A stretch of DNA of 64,000 bases from an uncultured cyanobacterium (lineage in GTDB: Bacteria > Cyanobacteriota > Cyanobacteriia > Cyanobacteriales > CAWCAG01): positions 778,174 to 842,173 of the forward strand of contig CAWCAG010000005.1 in assembly GCA_963793425.1 (NCBI GenBank). The letters run 5' to 3'. The notes below the pieces were generated by a model. It searched no databases. It saw only the letters and a list, made by a program, of their open reading frames with translations, and had not been told where the DNA came from. The translations under genes and the position numbers were made by a program. Shown in pieces: positions 29,256 to 38,695 of this stretch; within the stretch, counting starts at the first letter, position 1; each line of letters starts with the position of its first letter.

Positions 29256-29696
29256 TCAGCCATTAGCCATAACTCGAATAAACTCTAAAGGCAAGCCATC
29301 AGCATCAGCAATAAAAGCAACTTCATAAATGCAAGCGCCGATCATTTGTTGATTCGGCTCCAGTAGTATTTTCAAAGGTTGGAACTGTTCGGGGTTAGTG
29401 TTTGCTGCTTGGCGAAAGCTAGCTTCTAACTCTCTAAGCCAATTTGGTAAACTCTCAACAACGTCGGTTAGATCAAAAGAAAGATGGTAATACCCGACAT
29501 AATGCTCATCATTAAAGGCATCAGCAGCTGGTTTTGGTTCAGGAATTTGAATCAACTCAATTCTTCCACCTAAACCTTCTAGCCAACAAGCGAGGGTATA
29601 GCCTGTGGTAAAGCGTTCTCGAACAGTAAATCCCAACTGTTCATAAAATGTGATTCCTCGATTAATATCAGCAGTACGAATAGAAGCATGGTGCAT
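29256..29696 (-). CDS. VOC/glyoxalase-family protein
   Basis: 146 aa. MHHASIRTADINRGITFYEQLGF matches the VOC N-terminal motif. Confidence 0.7.
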   Translation of the reverse strand: MHHASIRTADINRGITFYEQLGFTVRERFTTGYTLACWLEGLGGRIELIQIPEPKPAADAFNDEHYVGYYHLSFDLTDVVESLPNWLRELEASFRQAANTNPEQFQPLKILLEPNQQMIGACIYEVAFIADADGLPLEFIRVMANG

Positions 29697-29702
29697 TTTT
29701 TT

Positions 29703-29796
29703 AATTGCTAATTGCTAATTGCTAATCGGCAAGGGTTAAAGGTTAAGGGGGCAATACTTTTTTCCTAGCTGCCTGCTGCCCTCTCCCTGCTGCCTT
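29703..29796. repeat. heptamer simple-sequence arrays (AATTGCT x3.5, AAGGGTT-like x3, CTGCCCT-like x4)
   Basis: The whole 101-nt spacer between two same-strand genes consists of 7-nt tandem units. Confidence 0.85.
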
Positions 29797-29797
29797 C

Positions 29798-30307
29798 TTA
29801 ATCAAATAAACGAAAATAAGGGTAGCGTACAGGAACTCCTGGTTCTTTTTCTAGATTAAAATTAATTACTTCCCAACAAGGATCTTCGTTAGGTTCTTCA
29901 CTAAAGGTTACAGGCAGTCCATAAAGTTTAGGGGACTGGGCATCAGAATTACCCCGCCAAGGAGTACTGCGTTCTAAATAAGTGCTAACTAATTCTCGAT
30001 AGCGATTAGCAATAATCACCTTAGTGGCCCTGTAGCCTTCTGTATAGAGTTTATCCAAAGCTTCGTGGATCTCAAAACGAATTCCATCGGGATGGGTATG
30101 TTGTCGATACCATTGTCCATCCCAAAGTCGCCAGTGACGACCAGACTGCAAATGAACAAGTTCGCCAGTTTTAGGATCTGCCTCAAAAGCACCGTGGCGC
30201 GGACAGAGATAGGTATCTGTGAGGGTCAAAGCGGGTATGGTTTGGCGACAGTGAGGGCATTTTATATCTGCGCCAAAGATAGGATACTGCAAACTTGCAT
30301 TCATCAT
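29798..30307 (-). CDS. conserved hypothetical Zn-ribbon protein
   Basis: 169 aa. CPHC...CPRHG cysteine pairs near the N-terminus. It resembles a cyanobacteria-restricted family, but I cannot confirm a name. Confidence 0.55.
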   Translation of the reverse strand: MMNASLQYPIFGADIKCPHCRQTIPALTLTDTYLCPRHGAFEADPKTGELVHLQSGRHWRLWDGQWYRQHTHPDGIRFEIHEALDKLYTEGYRATKVIIANRYRELVSTYLERSTPWRGNSDAQSPKLYGLPVTFSEEPNEDPCWEVINFNLEKEPGVPVRYPYFRLFD

Positions 30308-30412
30308 TGTGGGCGTATAATCATTTTTGAGCTAGTACTAGTGGCAGTGGCTATATTATATCTGCTAAACTCTTTGGCAATTGGTGAGTATTTTATACCT
30401 TGAGCAGCGAAA

Positions 30413-30958
30413 GTGAGTAAAGAACTCAATATTTTCTCCTCTGTTCCCTATTGGCAGCCTCCGGATCTTTCCTTAGCTGCATTTGTTGCCCCCAACGCGG
30501 TAATAGTAGGGAATGTTTCTTTAGGTTTGGGTTCTAGTGTTTGGTACAGCGCAGTGGTTAGGGGAGACGTAGAAAGAATTGCCATTGGCGAATATACAAA
30601 TATTCAAGATGGAGCTATTTTACATGGTGATCCTGGCAAACCTACGATTCTAGAAGAATACGTTACTGTAGGCCATAGGGCTGTAGTCCATTCAGCCCAT
30701 ATTGAAAAAGGCTGTCTTATTGGTATTGGAGCAGTAATTCTTGATGGGGTGAGAGTTGGTGCTGGTAGTTTAATAGGAGCAGGCTGTGTGGTGACGAAAA
30801 ATGTTCTCCCCGGTTGTTTAATGGTAGGAGTTCCGGCGAGAAAAGCACGAGGATTGAAAGAGGAAGAAATTGCTGGTTTAGTTGAACACGCTAAACGCTA
30901 TGAAAAGTTAGCTCTAGTCCACAGCGGCAAGGGAACAGATTTAGGATTTTACTGTTGA
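30413..30958 (+). CDS. gamma-carbonic-anhydrase-family / hexapeptide-repeat (LbH) protein
   Basis: 181 aa with a GTG start. VWYSAVVRGDV..IGEYTNIQDGAILHGD and repeated hexapeptide units. Confidence 0.8.
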   Translation: MSKELNIFSSVPYWQPPDLSLAAFVAPNAVIVGNVSLGLGSSVWYSAVVRGDVERIAIGEYTNIQDGAILHGDPGKPTILEEYVTVGHRAVVHSAHIEKGCLIGIGAVILDGVRVGAGSLIGAGCVVTKNVLPGCLMVGVPARKARGLKEEEIAGLVEHAKRYEKLALVHSGKGTDLGFYC

Positions 30959-31305
30959 TGTTCCGTTAGGCTAAAATCCCGAAACTGCCTAGCTTGTTGT
31001 TCTATACGATTAGCCAGACGATTTCCCACTAGATGACACAACTCAAAAATTAGTGGATCTTCTACGCTATAGTAAGCGGATGTCCCTTCACTACGACGAC
31101 TAAGAATTCCTGCTTGAAGCATAACTTTAAGGTGCTTGGAGACATTGGCTTGACTAGTTTGGGTAGCCTCTACTAAATCCTGAACGCACCTCTCACCATC
31201 CCTAAGTAAATTGAGAATGCGTAGGCGCATCGGCTCGCTTAGGACACTAAAATACTCAGCTATTTGCTGTACTACTTCTTGCGATACTGATTTTGCTAGT
31301 TCCAT
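30949..31305 (-). CDS. ArsR/SmtB-family transcriptional regulator
   Basis: 118 aa. LSEPMRLRILNLL...CVQDLVEATQTSQANVSKHLKVMLQAGIL. The 3' end overlaps the convergent LbH gene by 10 nt. Confidence 0.85.
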   Translation of the reverse strand: MELAKSVSQEVVQQIAEYFSVLSEPMRLRILNLLRDGERCVQDLVEATQTSQANVSKHLKVMLQAGILSRRSEGTSAYYSVEDPLIFELCHLVGNRLANRIEQQARQFRDFSLTEHQQ

Positions 31306-31361
31306 TTAACTAACCAAAAGTAATTAAACCCCAATTTTTTTGAATTCCATCAGTCATTGAG

Positions 31362-31853
31362 CTATGGCTCTGGATTCACTAACATTAGGGGTTGGCCGTA
31401 CTCTACAGGTTCTCCATTTTCTACCAAAACTTCAACAATTTGCCCAGACACTTCTGCCTCAATTTCGTTCATCACCTTCATCGCTTCAATAATACAAACA
31501 ATTTGTCCTTTAGTGATTTGGTCATTAACTTCTACAAAGGCAGCTTCATCAGGGGTAGGAGAGCGATAGAAAGTTCCTACCACCGGAGAGGTAATTTCTT
31601 CCCATTTCCCCTCAGAGTTTGGAGTTTTAGGCTCACCGGAGCCGTTGTCAGGAAGATTAGGACGAGATGGAGGCGCAGGGTTAGGAGCGAAAGTTAAATT
31701 AGCATTTTCCTGAGTAGATATATTTCTGGGCATTGTGGGAATGCCCTTACGTACCGTTAGCTCAAAATCATCGCTTTTGAGAGTTAACTCCGCAATGTCA
31801 GTTTGAGCAATTGAACTCAAAAGTTCCCTAAGCTGATTAAAATCTATAGGCAC
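31362..31853 (-). CDS. accB: acetyl-CoA carboxylase biotin carboxyl carrier protein
   Basis: 163 aa with a Pro-rich linker. Biotinylation motif IIEAMKVMNEIE. Confidence 0.9.
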   Translation of the reverse strand: MPIDFNQLRELLSSIAQTDIAELTLKSDDFELTVRKGIPTMPRNISTQENANLTFAPNPAPPSRPNLPDNGSGEPKTPNSEGKWEEITSPVVGTFYRSPTPDEAAFVEVNDQITKGQIVCIIEAMKVMNEIEAEVSGQIVEVLVENGEPVEYGQPLMLVNPEP

Positions 31854-31956
31854 AAATCATACATCCCAATTCGATTAAGTTAGTCATCTTTTGCTTATTA
31901 CTAACCCATAACTTTTGACCAATGGCTCATTCATTCGGTGTCAACAATTCTTAAGA

Positions 31957-32514
31957 TTACTCTCTACCGAGATAAGAATCATTGCGGGTGTCAATTTTGA
32001 TTCGTTCCCCTATGGAAATAAACAAAGGAACCATAACCTGCGCTCCGGTTTCTAGTGTAGCTGGTTTAGAACCGCCAGTGGCGGTATCGCCTTTAACACC
32101 AGGATCGGTTTGGGCTACCTCTAGGACTACTGAGGTTGGTAATTCTACTTCCAAAACTTGCTCATCCCATTGCACTATGTTAACTTCCATACCTTCGGTA
32201 ATGTATTTAACGCGATCGCCAATTTTATCTGGGTTGAGACGAGTTTCTTCAAAAGTCTCCATATCCATAAAGACGAACTGATCACCATCTTTATAGGTAT
32301 GTTGCATAGTCCGTTTTTCTAAGTTGGCTTGGGGTACAGTTTCCCCTGCTCGGAAGGTACGTTCGACAACGCTACCAGTTTGAGCATTTTTTAGTTTGGT
32401 TCGTACAAAGGCAGAGCCTTTACCTGGCTTGACGTGGAGAAATTCCACGACTCGCCATACTGCTCCATCCAACTCAATTGTTACGCCGGGTCTAAAATCG
32501 TTACTTGAAATCAT
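31957..32514 (-). CDS. efp: elongation factor P
   Basis: The ATG at 32514 ([10 protein letters not shown]) is the typical EF-P N-terminus; the track start at 32529 is probably too early. The efp-accB order is common in cyanobacteria. Confidence 0.93.
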   Translation of the reverse strand: MISSNDFRPGVTIELDGAVWRVVEFLHVKPGKGSAFVRTKLKNAQTGSVVERTFRAGETVPQANLEKRTMQHTYKDGDQFVFMDMETFEETRLNPDKIGDRVKYITEGMEVNIVQWDEQVLEVELPTSVVLEVAQTDPGVKGDTATGGSKPATLETGAQVMVPLFISIGERIKIDTRNDSYLGRE

Positions 32515-32700
32515 GAAGCTTTTTCGCAAGCCTGAACAATCCAGGATTACATTTTACCCCCCCAGTGGCGATCTATCTAAAGAAGCTCGGAAAAATACCA
32601 TAGTCGGTAAATACACAATGGGAGAGCGGTTGTCTACACTAGAGTACTAAAGGAGAATCTGTCAAGATAATGGTAGTTCAATAAAAAAGCAGCATTTCTT

Positions 32701-33000
32701 ATGAAAATTTCTGTAGAGTCCATTTATAATTGGTATCGCAATACTTTACGCAATCCTAAGTATCGTTGGTGGGTAATTTTAGGCTCCTTAATGTATGTTT
32801 TAAGCCCTATTGATCTTGCCCCGGATTTTCTGCCTATCGCTGGATTCATTGATGATGGTGTAGTGTTAACCCTATTAATTACTGAGTTATATCAACTAGC
32901 CCTCGATTTCGCCAAAAATCGCCAAAATGTTTCTCAAGCAACCGATGAGAAAGCTGGCGGCAAAGATGCAGTTGATGTTGATGCCATTCCCGTTGATTAG
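32701..33000 (+). CDS. DUF1232 (YkvA-like) membrane protein
   Basis: 99 aa. Hallmark SPIDLAPDFLPIAGFIDDGVV. Confidence 0.75.
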   Translation: MKISVESIYNWYRNTLRNPKYRWWVILGSLMYVLSPIDLAPDFLPIAGFIDDGVVLTLLITELYQLALDFAKNRQNVSQATDEKAGGKDAVDVDAIPVD

Positions 33001-33007
33001 TTAAGGA

Positions 33008-33040
33008 AGTAGGGAGTTGGGGAGCTAGGGGGCTAGGGAG
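33008..33040. repeat. octamer array (AGCTAGGG-like x4)
   Basis: It fills the 47-nt spacer between convergent genes. It is the reverse complement of the CCCTAGCT array at 59370-59425. Confidence 0.8.
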
Positions 33041-33047
33041 ACAACAA

Positions 33048-34589
33048 CTAGTTGTTGGTCATTAACAGCTTCAAAACTTTCCATAAATACTGAGATAAAG
33101 TATGAGCATCCACACCTAACTCACTACGTTCCTTTGCAGCCATAATTCCGGCTTGAGCGTGCCACCAGGCTGCTGTAGCAACTATAGCTTCTAAAGGATA
33201 ATCAGAGGTCATTTGCTGCGCTAACAGACCTCCTAGCAAGCCTGTGAGGACATCTCCACTACCTCCCCTGGCCAAAGCAGGGGTACTTTGAGGAACGACC
33301 CAAACCCTACCGTTAGGATGGGAAATTATAGTTTTCGCACCTTTTAATAAAATTACTGTACTGCTTTTTTGAGCAGCTTCTTGTACCGCTTTGATTCTAT
33401 CTTGGTCAGAATTAGCTGCATCAGGAAATAAGCGTTCAAATTCTCCTAAATGAGGAGTTAGTATAGTTGAGGATTTTCTGAGCTTTAAAACCTCCATCGT
33501 CCCCATTTGAGCAACAATATTCAAACCGTCAGCATCTAAAACTAAAGGAATTTCAGTCTTGAGTACTGTTTGCACAACAGAGGTGGCATCTTTGGTTAAA
33601 CCAGGGCCACAAGCGATCAGATTAAACTGACTTAAATCAGCAATTTCTGAAGGAAGTTCGGCGATCGCCCCGGTTTCATTTTCCGGACAACCAATAACTA
33701 AAGCTTCTGGTAAATGACTAACCAATATAGGTTTAAGAGATTCCGGGACAGCGATAGACAGCATTCCTACACCACTAGTCCTTGCCCCCAATGCTGTTAA
33801 AATTGCCCCTCCACTATAACGACGAGAACCACAAATCAAGAGTAAATGCCCTTGTTTATATTTGTGGGTAATTTGTGGTCTAGGCAAAGGAAAATATTTA
33901 GTAATGTTACTGGCTACAGCAAGTTGAATCGGTGGCGGCTTCCCCAAAACTGACCAGACATTTTTAGCCGGAATACCAAAACTGATTAACTCTGCCTTAC
34001 CGATATAATCTAAAGCTTGATCTTGATAAAAAGCTAGCTTCCATAAACCTAAACATAAAGTATGGGTTGCTTTTACCGCCGTACCAAGAATTTTTCCTGT
34101 ATCTGTATCAATACCTGAAGGTAAATCAATACTAACTACGGGTTGATTCCAAAAATTAAGTTGATTAATATCCTCTGCTAGTTTGCCAGAAATAGACCGA
34201 GTTAAGCCAAAACCAAACAGTCCATCAATAATTAACTCACAGGTGTATAAAGCCTGAATCTGTTCAGAAGAAGGTATACCTAAACTCGCTGCGTAATTAG
34301 CATGACTTATTGTTAATTCCTTAAGCTTGCTGATAGGGCGATAGAGAAAAACTTGATAGCCGAGCAAATGTAGCTCTCTGGCCACAGCTAAAGCATCTCC
34401 TCCATTATGACCTGGGCCTACCAAAACCCCAACGCGAGATACTTCAGAAAGAGGATAAAGTTCAATGACGCGAGTAACTATTAACCCCGAAACCTTCTCC
34501 ATTAAAGCCGCCACGGGCATTCCCGCATCAAAGATTTGCCCCTCGATTTGGCGCATTTGTTCGGCATTAACTACAACTTTATCGGTCAT
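33048..34589 (-). CDS. nnr: bifunctional NAD(P)H-hydrate epimerase / ADP-dependent dehydratase
   Basis: 513 aa. YjeF_N (GPGHNGGDALAVAR) and a carbohydrate-kinase-like YjeF_C (GGSGDVLTG). Confidence 0.9.
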   Translation of the reverse strand: MTDKVVVNAEQMRQIEGQIFDAGMPVAALMEKVSGLIVTRVIELYPLSEVSRVGVLVGPGHNGGDALAVARELHLLGYQVFLYRPISKLKELTISHANYAASLGIPSSEQIQALYTCELIIDGLFGFGLTRSISGKLAEDINQLNFWNQPVVSIDLPSGIDTDTGKILGTAVKATHTLCLGLWKLAFYQDQALDYIGKAELISFGIPAKNVWSVLGKPPPIQLAVASNITKYFPLPRPQITHKYKQGHLLLICGSRRYSGGAILTALGARTSGVGMLSIAVPESLKPILVSHLPEALVIGCPENETGAIAELPSEIADLSQFNLIACGPGLTKDATSVVQTVLKTEIPLVLDADGLNIVAQMGTMEVLKLRKSSTILTPHLGEFERLFPDAANSDQDRIKAVQEAAQKSSTVILLKGAKTIISHPNGRVWVVPQSTPALARGGSGDVLTGLLGGLLAQQMTSDYPLEAIVATAAWWHAQAGIMAAKERSELGVDAHTLSQYLWKVLKLLMTNN

Positions 34590-34632
34590 AGATCTCAGTT
34601 ATTACCTTGTCAATTATCTGTACTGTTGCCTT

Positions 34633-35556
34633 TTATTTATGGTACAAACGGGCATCCATACCAACCCAGTGAAAATAACTATTCCAGCGTTCTGCTAAAG
34701 ACCGGGTAGCGAAGGGACCCACAGCAACATGGGAACCGATAGGGCCTTGTTTTTGTCTAATGGAGCGTGAGTTTATCCCCGATTCTGCTACTTTAGCAGC
34801 AATCGTGGGTAAATCTTGGCGTGAGGCCGGAATAATTACAAAGTAACCTTTTTCCTCATTTCTTTGTTGAATATTGTTGCTGTTGTTGAGGACGGTGGGA
34901 GTTTCATTATTACTGGGGTTAACCTGGGGGACAGTGGGAGTTGTATCGTTGCTGGGGTTAACAGGGGGAGTTGGTTGAGGCTGACGATAAACTGGTGCGG
35001 GATAGCTAGTATTATTAGGTCTACTAACAGCAACATCTACAGGTACAACCCTAGCCTGGAAACCTTGGCTTTCTAAAACTTCTACTCGGCGTTGGGCATT
35101 ATATCTTTCTGAAAATAATCCTGCTTGAATTGTTCCTTCTTTACCTCGAATAAAAGCTTGTGGTTCAATATTTTGAATCTGAGTTAGCAAAAGTGAACTA
35201 TCTCCTTCTACCTCAACTCGATAGTAATCTGAATAAGTTGTACTAGGACTTGGTGTTGGAGTAGAGGGCCGACTATTAGGAAGAGGTATTGTAGGTACTT
35301 GATAGTCAGGCTCTTGGTTATTGTTTTCTGGTTTTGGGGTGATAGTTGGCGGTTGTTGAGGAGGAAAGTTAAGGTCGTTAGGGCCTGGGGGCAATTCTTC
35401 AATAATCAATGGAGGAGAAGGTGTATCTTGAGCTACACTGAAAGAAGAAGGAGCAATGAGTATATATCCTCCTAGAAGCATTGATAGCCAACTCAAGTAA
35501 ATTCTCACTTGAGACATAGGTAAGGAAGTAAATTTCACTACTTTACTTTTATCCAT
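34633..35556 (-). CDS. secreted Pro-rich protein with two SPOR-like domains
   Basis: 307 aa with a signal/TM segment and low-complexity P/T/N linkers. Two segments (YYRVEVEG...ARVV and GYFVIIPAS...ARLY) look SPOR-like. Confidence 0.5.
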   Translation of the reverse strand: MDKSKVVKFTSLPMSQVRIYLSWLSMLLGGYILIAPSSFSVAQDTPSPPLIIEELPPGPNDLNFPPQQPPTITPKPENNNQEPDYQVPTIPLPNSRPSTPTPSPSTTYSDYYRVEVEGDSSLLLTQIQNIEPQAFIRGKEGTIQAGLFSERYNAQRRVEVLESQGFQARVVPVDVAVSRPNNTSYPAPVYRQPQPTPPVNPSNDTTPTVPQVNPSNNETPTVLNNSNNIQQRNEEKGYFVIIPASRQDLPTIAAKVAESGINSRSIRQKQGPIGSHVAVGPFATRSLAERWNSYFHWVGMDARLYHK

Positions 35557-35691
35557 ATTCGTTACTTATTGCTATTTGCGATCGCAAGGTTATTGCTTAT
35601 TTAGTATTAGGCTTGTCTGTGAATTTTAATCTTATTTAGATGTCAGGTTAAAAAAATTTAGTTCCTTAACAGCAGCAAAATTGATAATTCC

Positions 35692-36741
35692 ATGAAGAAA
35701 GTAGTAGTCGGACTCTCCGGCGGAGTAGATAGTTCTGTTGCAGCGGCTGTCCTCCATAACCAAAAATATGATGTAGTTGGTCTTACCCTTTGGTTAATGA
35801 AGGGTAAAGGGCAATGCTGTTCAGAAGGAATGGTTGATGCTGCTTTTATTTGTGAACAACTAGAAATTCCTCACCATATAGTTGACAGTCGAGAAGTTTT
35901 CCAAGCAAGTATAGTTGATTATTTGGTTTCTGGTTATGAAGCGGGGATTACCCCTTTACCTTGTTCTCAATGTAATCGGGCAGTTAAGTTTGGCCCCATG
36001 TTGAACTATGCTCAAAAAGAGTTGGGTATTGACCGCATTGCTACTGGTCATTATGCCCGTATTCGCTACGATGAAAATAGTAAACGCTATCAGTTATTGA
36101 GGGCTGTTGATCGCAACAAAGACCAGTCTTATTTTCTTTACGATTTAACCCAAGAAATGTTAGCGGGAACCGTTTTTCCTTTAGGTGAACAAACTAAAGA
36201 AGAAACCCGACGTATTGCGAACCAGTTTAATTTAAAAACCGCTGACAAACCAGAAAGCCAAGACTTGTGCTTAATTGAGGCACATGGTTCCATGCAAAAA
36301 TTCTTAGATCGCTACATTAACCAAAAACAAGGAGATATTGTTGACCAAAAAGGTAATATCTTAGGGTATCACCAAGGAGTTCATCACTATACCATTGGGC
36401 AAAGGAAAGGTTTAGGTATTGCTGCGGCTGAGCCATTATATGTCCTTGCCTTGGATGCTGTTATGAATCGAGTTATCGTCGGCGATCGCGCTAGTGGAGG
36501 GCAAGAAGAATGTACAGTTAGTAGGATGAATTGGGTTTCTCTAGCTCAACCAACTACTCCCTTTAAAACTCAAGTACAAATACGGTATCGTTCTTCTGCT
36601 GTTGCGGTTCAGGTTATTTCTTTAGAAAACTCTCGCCTCAAATTGGTATTTGACGAACCTCAGTTTGGTGTTACTCCCGGACAAGCGGCTGTGTTTTACG
36701 ATGGGGAAATTCTTCTTGGTGGTGGCATTATTGAAAAATAG
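35692..36741 (+). CDS. mnmA: tRNA 2-thiouridine(34) synthase
   Basis: 349 aa. PP-loop [13 protein letters not shown], plus QDLCLI and DQSYFLY motifs. Confidence 0.95.
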   Translation: MKKVVVGLSGGVDSSVAAAVLHNQKYDVVGLTLWLMKGKGQCCSEGMVDAAFICEQLEIPHHIVDSREVFQASIVDYLVSGYEAGITPLPCSQCNRAVKFGPMLNYAQKELGIDRIATGHYARIRYDENSKRYQLLRAVDRNKDQSYFLYDLTQEMLAGTVFPLGEQTKEETRRIANQFNLKTADKPESQDLCLIEAHGSMQKFLDRYINQKQGDIVDQKGNILGYHQGVHHYTIGQRKGLGIAAAEPLYVLALDAVMNRVIVGDRASGGQEECTVSRMNWVSLAQPTTPFKTQVQIRYRSSAVAVQVISLENSRLKLVFDEPQFGVTPGQAAVFYDGEILLGGGIIEK

Positions 36742-36779
36742 AGGCAACTGAAATTTAAGAGTAATATTATAGAAAAACA

Positions 36780-37994
36780 ATGTACTCAAAACTGAGTTCG
36801 TTAGTTAAACAAACCTTGCCCAATCCACCAGACATCAAAAGGGCAAAGCGACTCCATCAAGAATTGTGGAATGATGCGGGCTGGGATACAGATTATGTGG
36901 TTTTGACCCATACTTCTTGTTTAATTGCTACCTTTGGTTTGATTAGCAATAGTGCTGCGGTAATTATTGGGGCAATGTTGGTGGCTCCTTTGATGTTACC
37001 TCTAAGAGGGTTAGCTTTTAGCGCTTTGGAAGGGGATTTATCGTTATTTCGTAAGGCTTTGCTAGCCATCATGGGAGGAACTCTTATCTCCATTGTTTTA
37101 TCTTCTCTAATTGGCTTAATTGCCGGCATTCCAGAATTTCAGTCAGAAATTCTCAATCGTACCCAGCCCAACTTAATTGACTTAGGCATTGCTGTGGCCG
37201 CAGGCTTAATTAGTGGTTTTGCTAAATTGCGTCCTCGACTCAGCGATGCTTTAGCTGGAACCGCTATTTCAGTAGCTTTGATGCCTCCTTTATGTGTCGT
37301 TGGTTTGTCTCTCTCCCAAGGTTACGCTTCTTTAGCCACAGGAGCATTTCTACTCTACGTTACTAACCTTTTGGGTATTACCCTAGCTTGTATGCTGGTT
37401 TTTATCATTGCTGGCTATGCCAAAATGAACCACGCTTTGGGTGTCACTTTTGGTTTAACTGCGATTTTAGTTTTTCCTTTAGGAGCTAGTTTTTTACAGC
37501 TAGTTGAAAAAGCTCAGTTAGAAAAAGCCATTCAAGATAAATTAGTTCGAGAAACTGTTACGGTGGGGCAACAAGAAGTAGAACTATTAAGAACAAAAGT
37601 GAATTGGACTACTCAGCCTCCTATAGTTTATCTCAGCTTGCAAGTAGGAAAACAACAGGGAAAAGAAGAAGTTGAAATTACCCCCAAGCAAGTTCAGGAA
37701 GTTGAAAAATTTATCTCCGCAGCAACAAGCAAAAATTTTGAGCTGGTTTTTCTCGTTAATGATGTCAAAATCATTACTGCCCAAGAATATCAGCAAGTAG
37801 AACCAGAACAAGTGCCTATAACGCAATCAGAACCTTTACAAAAAGATATTAAACCTCAGCCTTCAGAAGAAAAAGCAGTCCCGGAAACTTCACCTCAAGA
37901 ACAACTAAAGGAAAGCCCAACAGCCGAAACTTCTCCGGAAGTTGAACCCAAAAAAGAACCAAAGGAAATTCTCCCACCTTTAATTCCGCAGTAA
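36780..37994 (+). CDS. DUF389-family membrane protein
   Basis: 404 aa. IIGAMLVAPLMLPLRGLAF and a repeated TM core, with an acidic/Pro-rich tail. Confidence 0.7.
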   Translation: MYSKLSSLVKQTLPNPPDIKRAKRLHQELWNDAGWDTDYVVLTHTSCLIATFGLISNSAAVIIGAMLVAPLMLPLRGLAFSALEGDLSLFRKALLAIMGGTLISIVLSSLIGLIAGIPEFQSEILNRTQPNLIDLGIAVAAGLISGFAKLRPRLSDALAGTAISVALMPPLCVVGLSLSQGYASLATGAFLLYVTNLLGITLACMLVFIIAGYAKMNHALGVTFGLTAILVFPLGASFLQLVEKAQLEKAIQDKLVRETVTVGQQEVELLRTKVNWTTQPPIVYLSLQVGKQQGKEEVEITPKQVQEVEKFISAATSKNFELVFLVNDVKIITAQEYQQVEPEQVPITQSEPLQKDIKPQPSEEKAVPETSPQEQLKESPTAETSPEVEPKKEPKEILPPLIPQ

Positions 37995-38112
37995 AATGTG
38001 TTTGCTTTGTTGTCATTGGAAATCGAACACAACTTATACAAAAAAAGAACATTAAGCGAACGCGATCACAAATCCCCATCTCTGATACTGAGTTTAATGA
38101 GTAAAATGAAGC

Positions 38113-38616
38113 TTGGAATCTACTATGACGCTTCTCCAGAAGAATTCTAATACCAACCAAAGAAATGCTTGCTACTTCACTCCTAAGCAGTTATTGAAGC
38201 AATATTTAGCGGGAGAGAGAGACTTTCGCAAGATTGTTTTTAGTAATTTGATTCTCCGTTGGAGTGATCTCCAAGAAATAGATTTAAGCGAAGCTTGCCT
38301 TCATCTTTCTATTTTAGAAGGTTCTAACTTCTCCAAAAGCAACCTAGTAAAAGCTGATTTGAGTAAAGCTAGCCTTGTTGCTGCGGATTTAAGTCAAGCT
38401 GATTTGAGGTCGGCTAATCTTCAAGAAGCTAATTTAAACGGGGCTAACTTAACCGGTGCGAATTTAACTGGTGCTAACCTCTCAGGAATCAACTTAGCAC
38501 AGGCAGATTTAACTGATGCAATTATGCCCAATGGACAAATTTATGCCCATAGGAAAATAGCTTTTGCCAAACGTAGTTCCCGATTATTATCTTTATGGCA
38601 ACAAGCTTGCGCTTAA
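38113..38616 (+). CDS. pentapeptide-repeat protein
   Basis: 167 aa. A(D/N)LxX repeats (ADLSKASLVAADLSQADLRSANLQEANLNGANLTGANLTGANLSG). The ATG at 38125 is a more likely start than the TTG at 38113. Confidence 0.85.
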   Translation: MESTMTLLQKNSNTNQRNACYFTPKQLLKQYLAGERDFRKIVFSNLILRWSDLQEIDLSEACLHLSILEGSNFSKSNLVKADLSKASLVAADLSQADLRSANLQEANLNGANLTGANLTGANLSGINLAQADLTDAIMPNGQIYAHRKIAFAKRSSRLLSLWQQACA

Positions 38617-38695
38617 GAAGACAGTAGGGAGCATAAAAACCTGAAAAGCAAACCCACCTAGCAAGCTTTCTCCTGCTCCCTGCTCCCCCTAACTC

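Noticed and set aside
30949-30958. The 10-nt overlap of the convergent LbH and ArsR gene 3' ends as a regulatory antisense arrangement.
   Set aside because: Short convergent overlaps are common in compact genomes. Nothing else in the sequence points to a special mechanism.
37849-38160. A 103-aa minus-strand ORF spanning the DUF389 3' end and the spacer upstream of the pentapeptide gene.
   Set aside because: It mostly overlaps the DUF389 tail in antisense and runs through the shared 24-nt motif region. No motifs, and no sensible start context.
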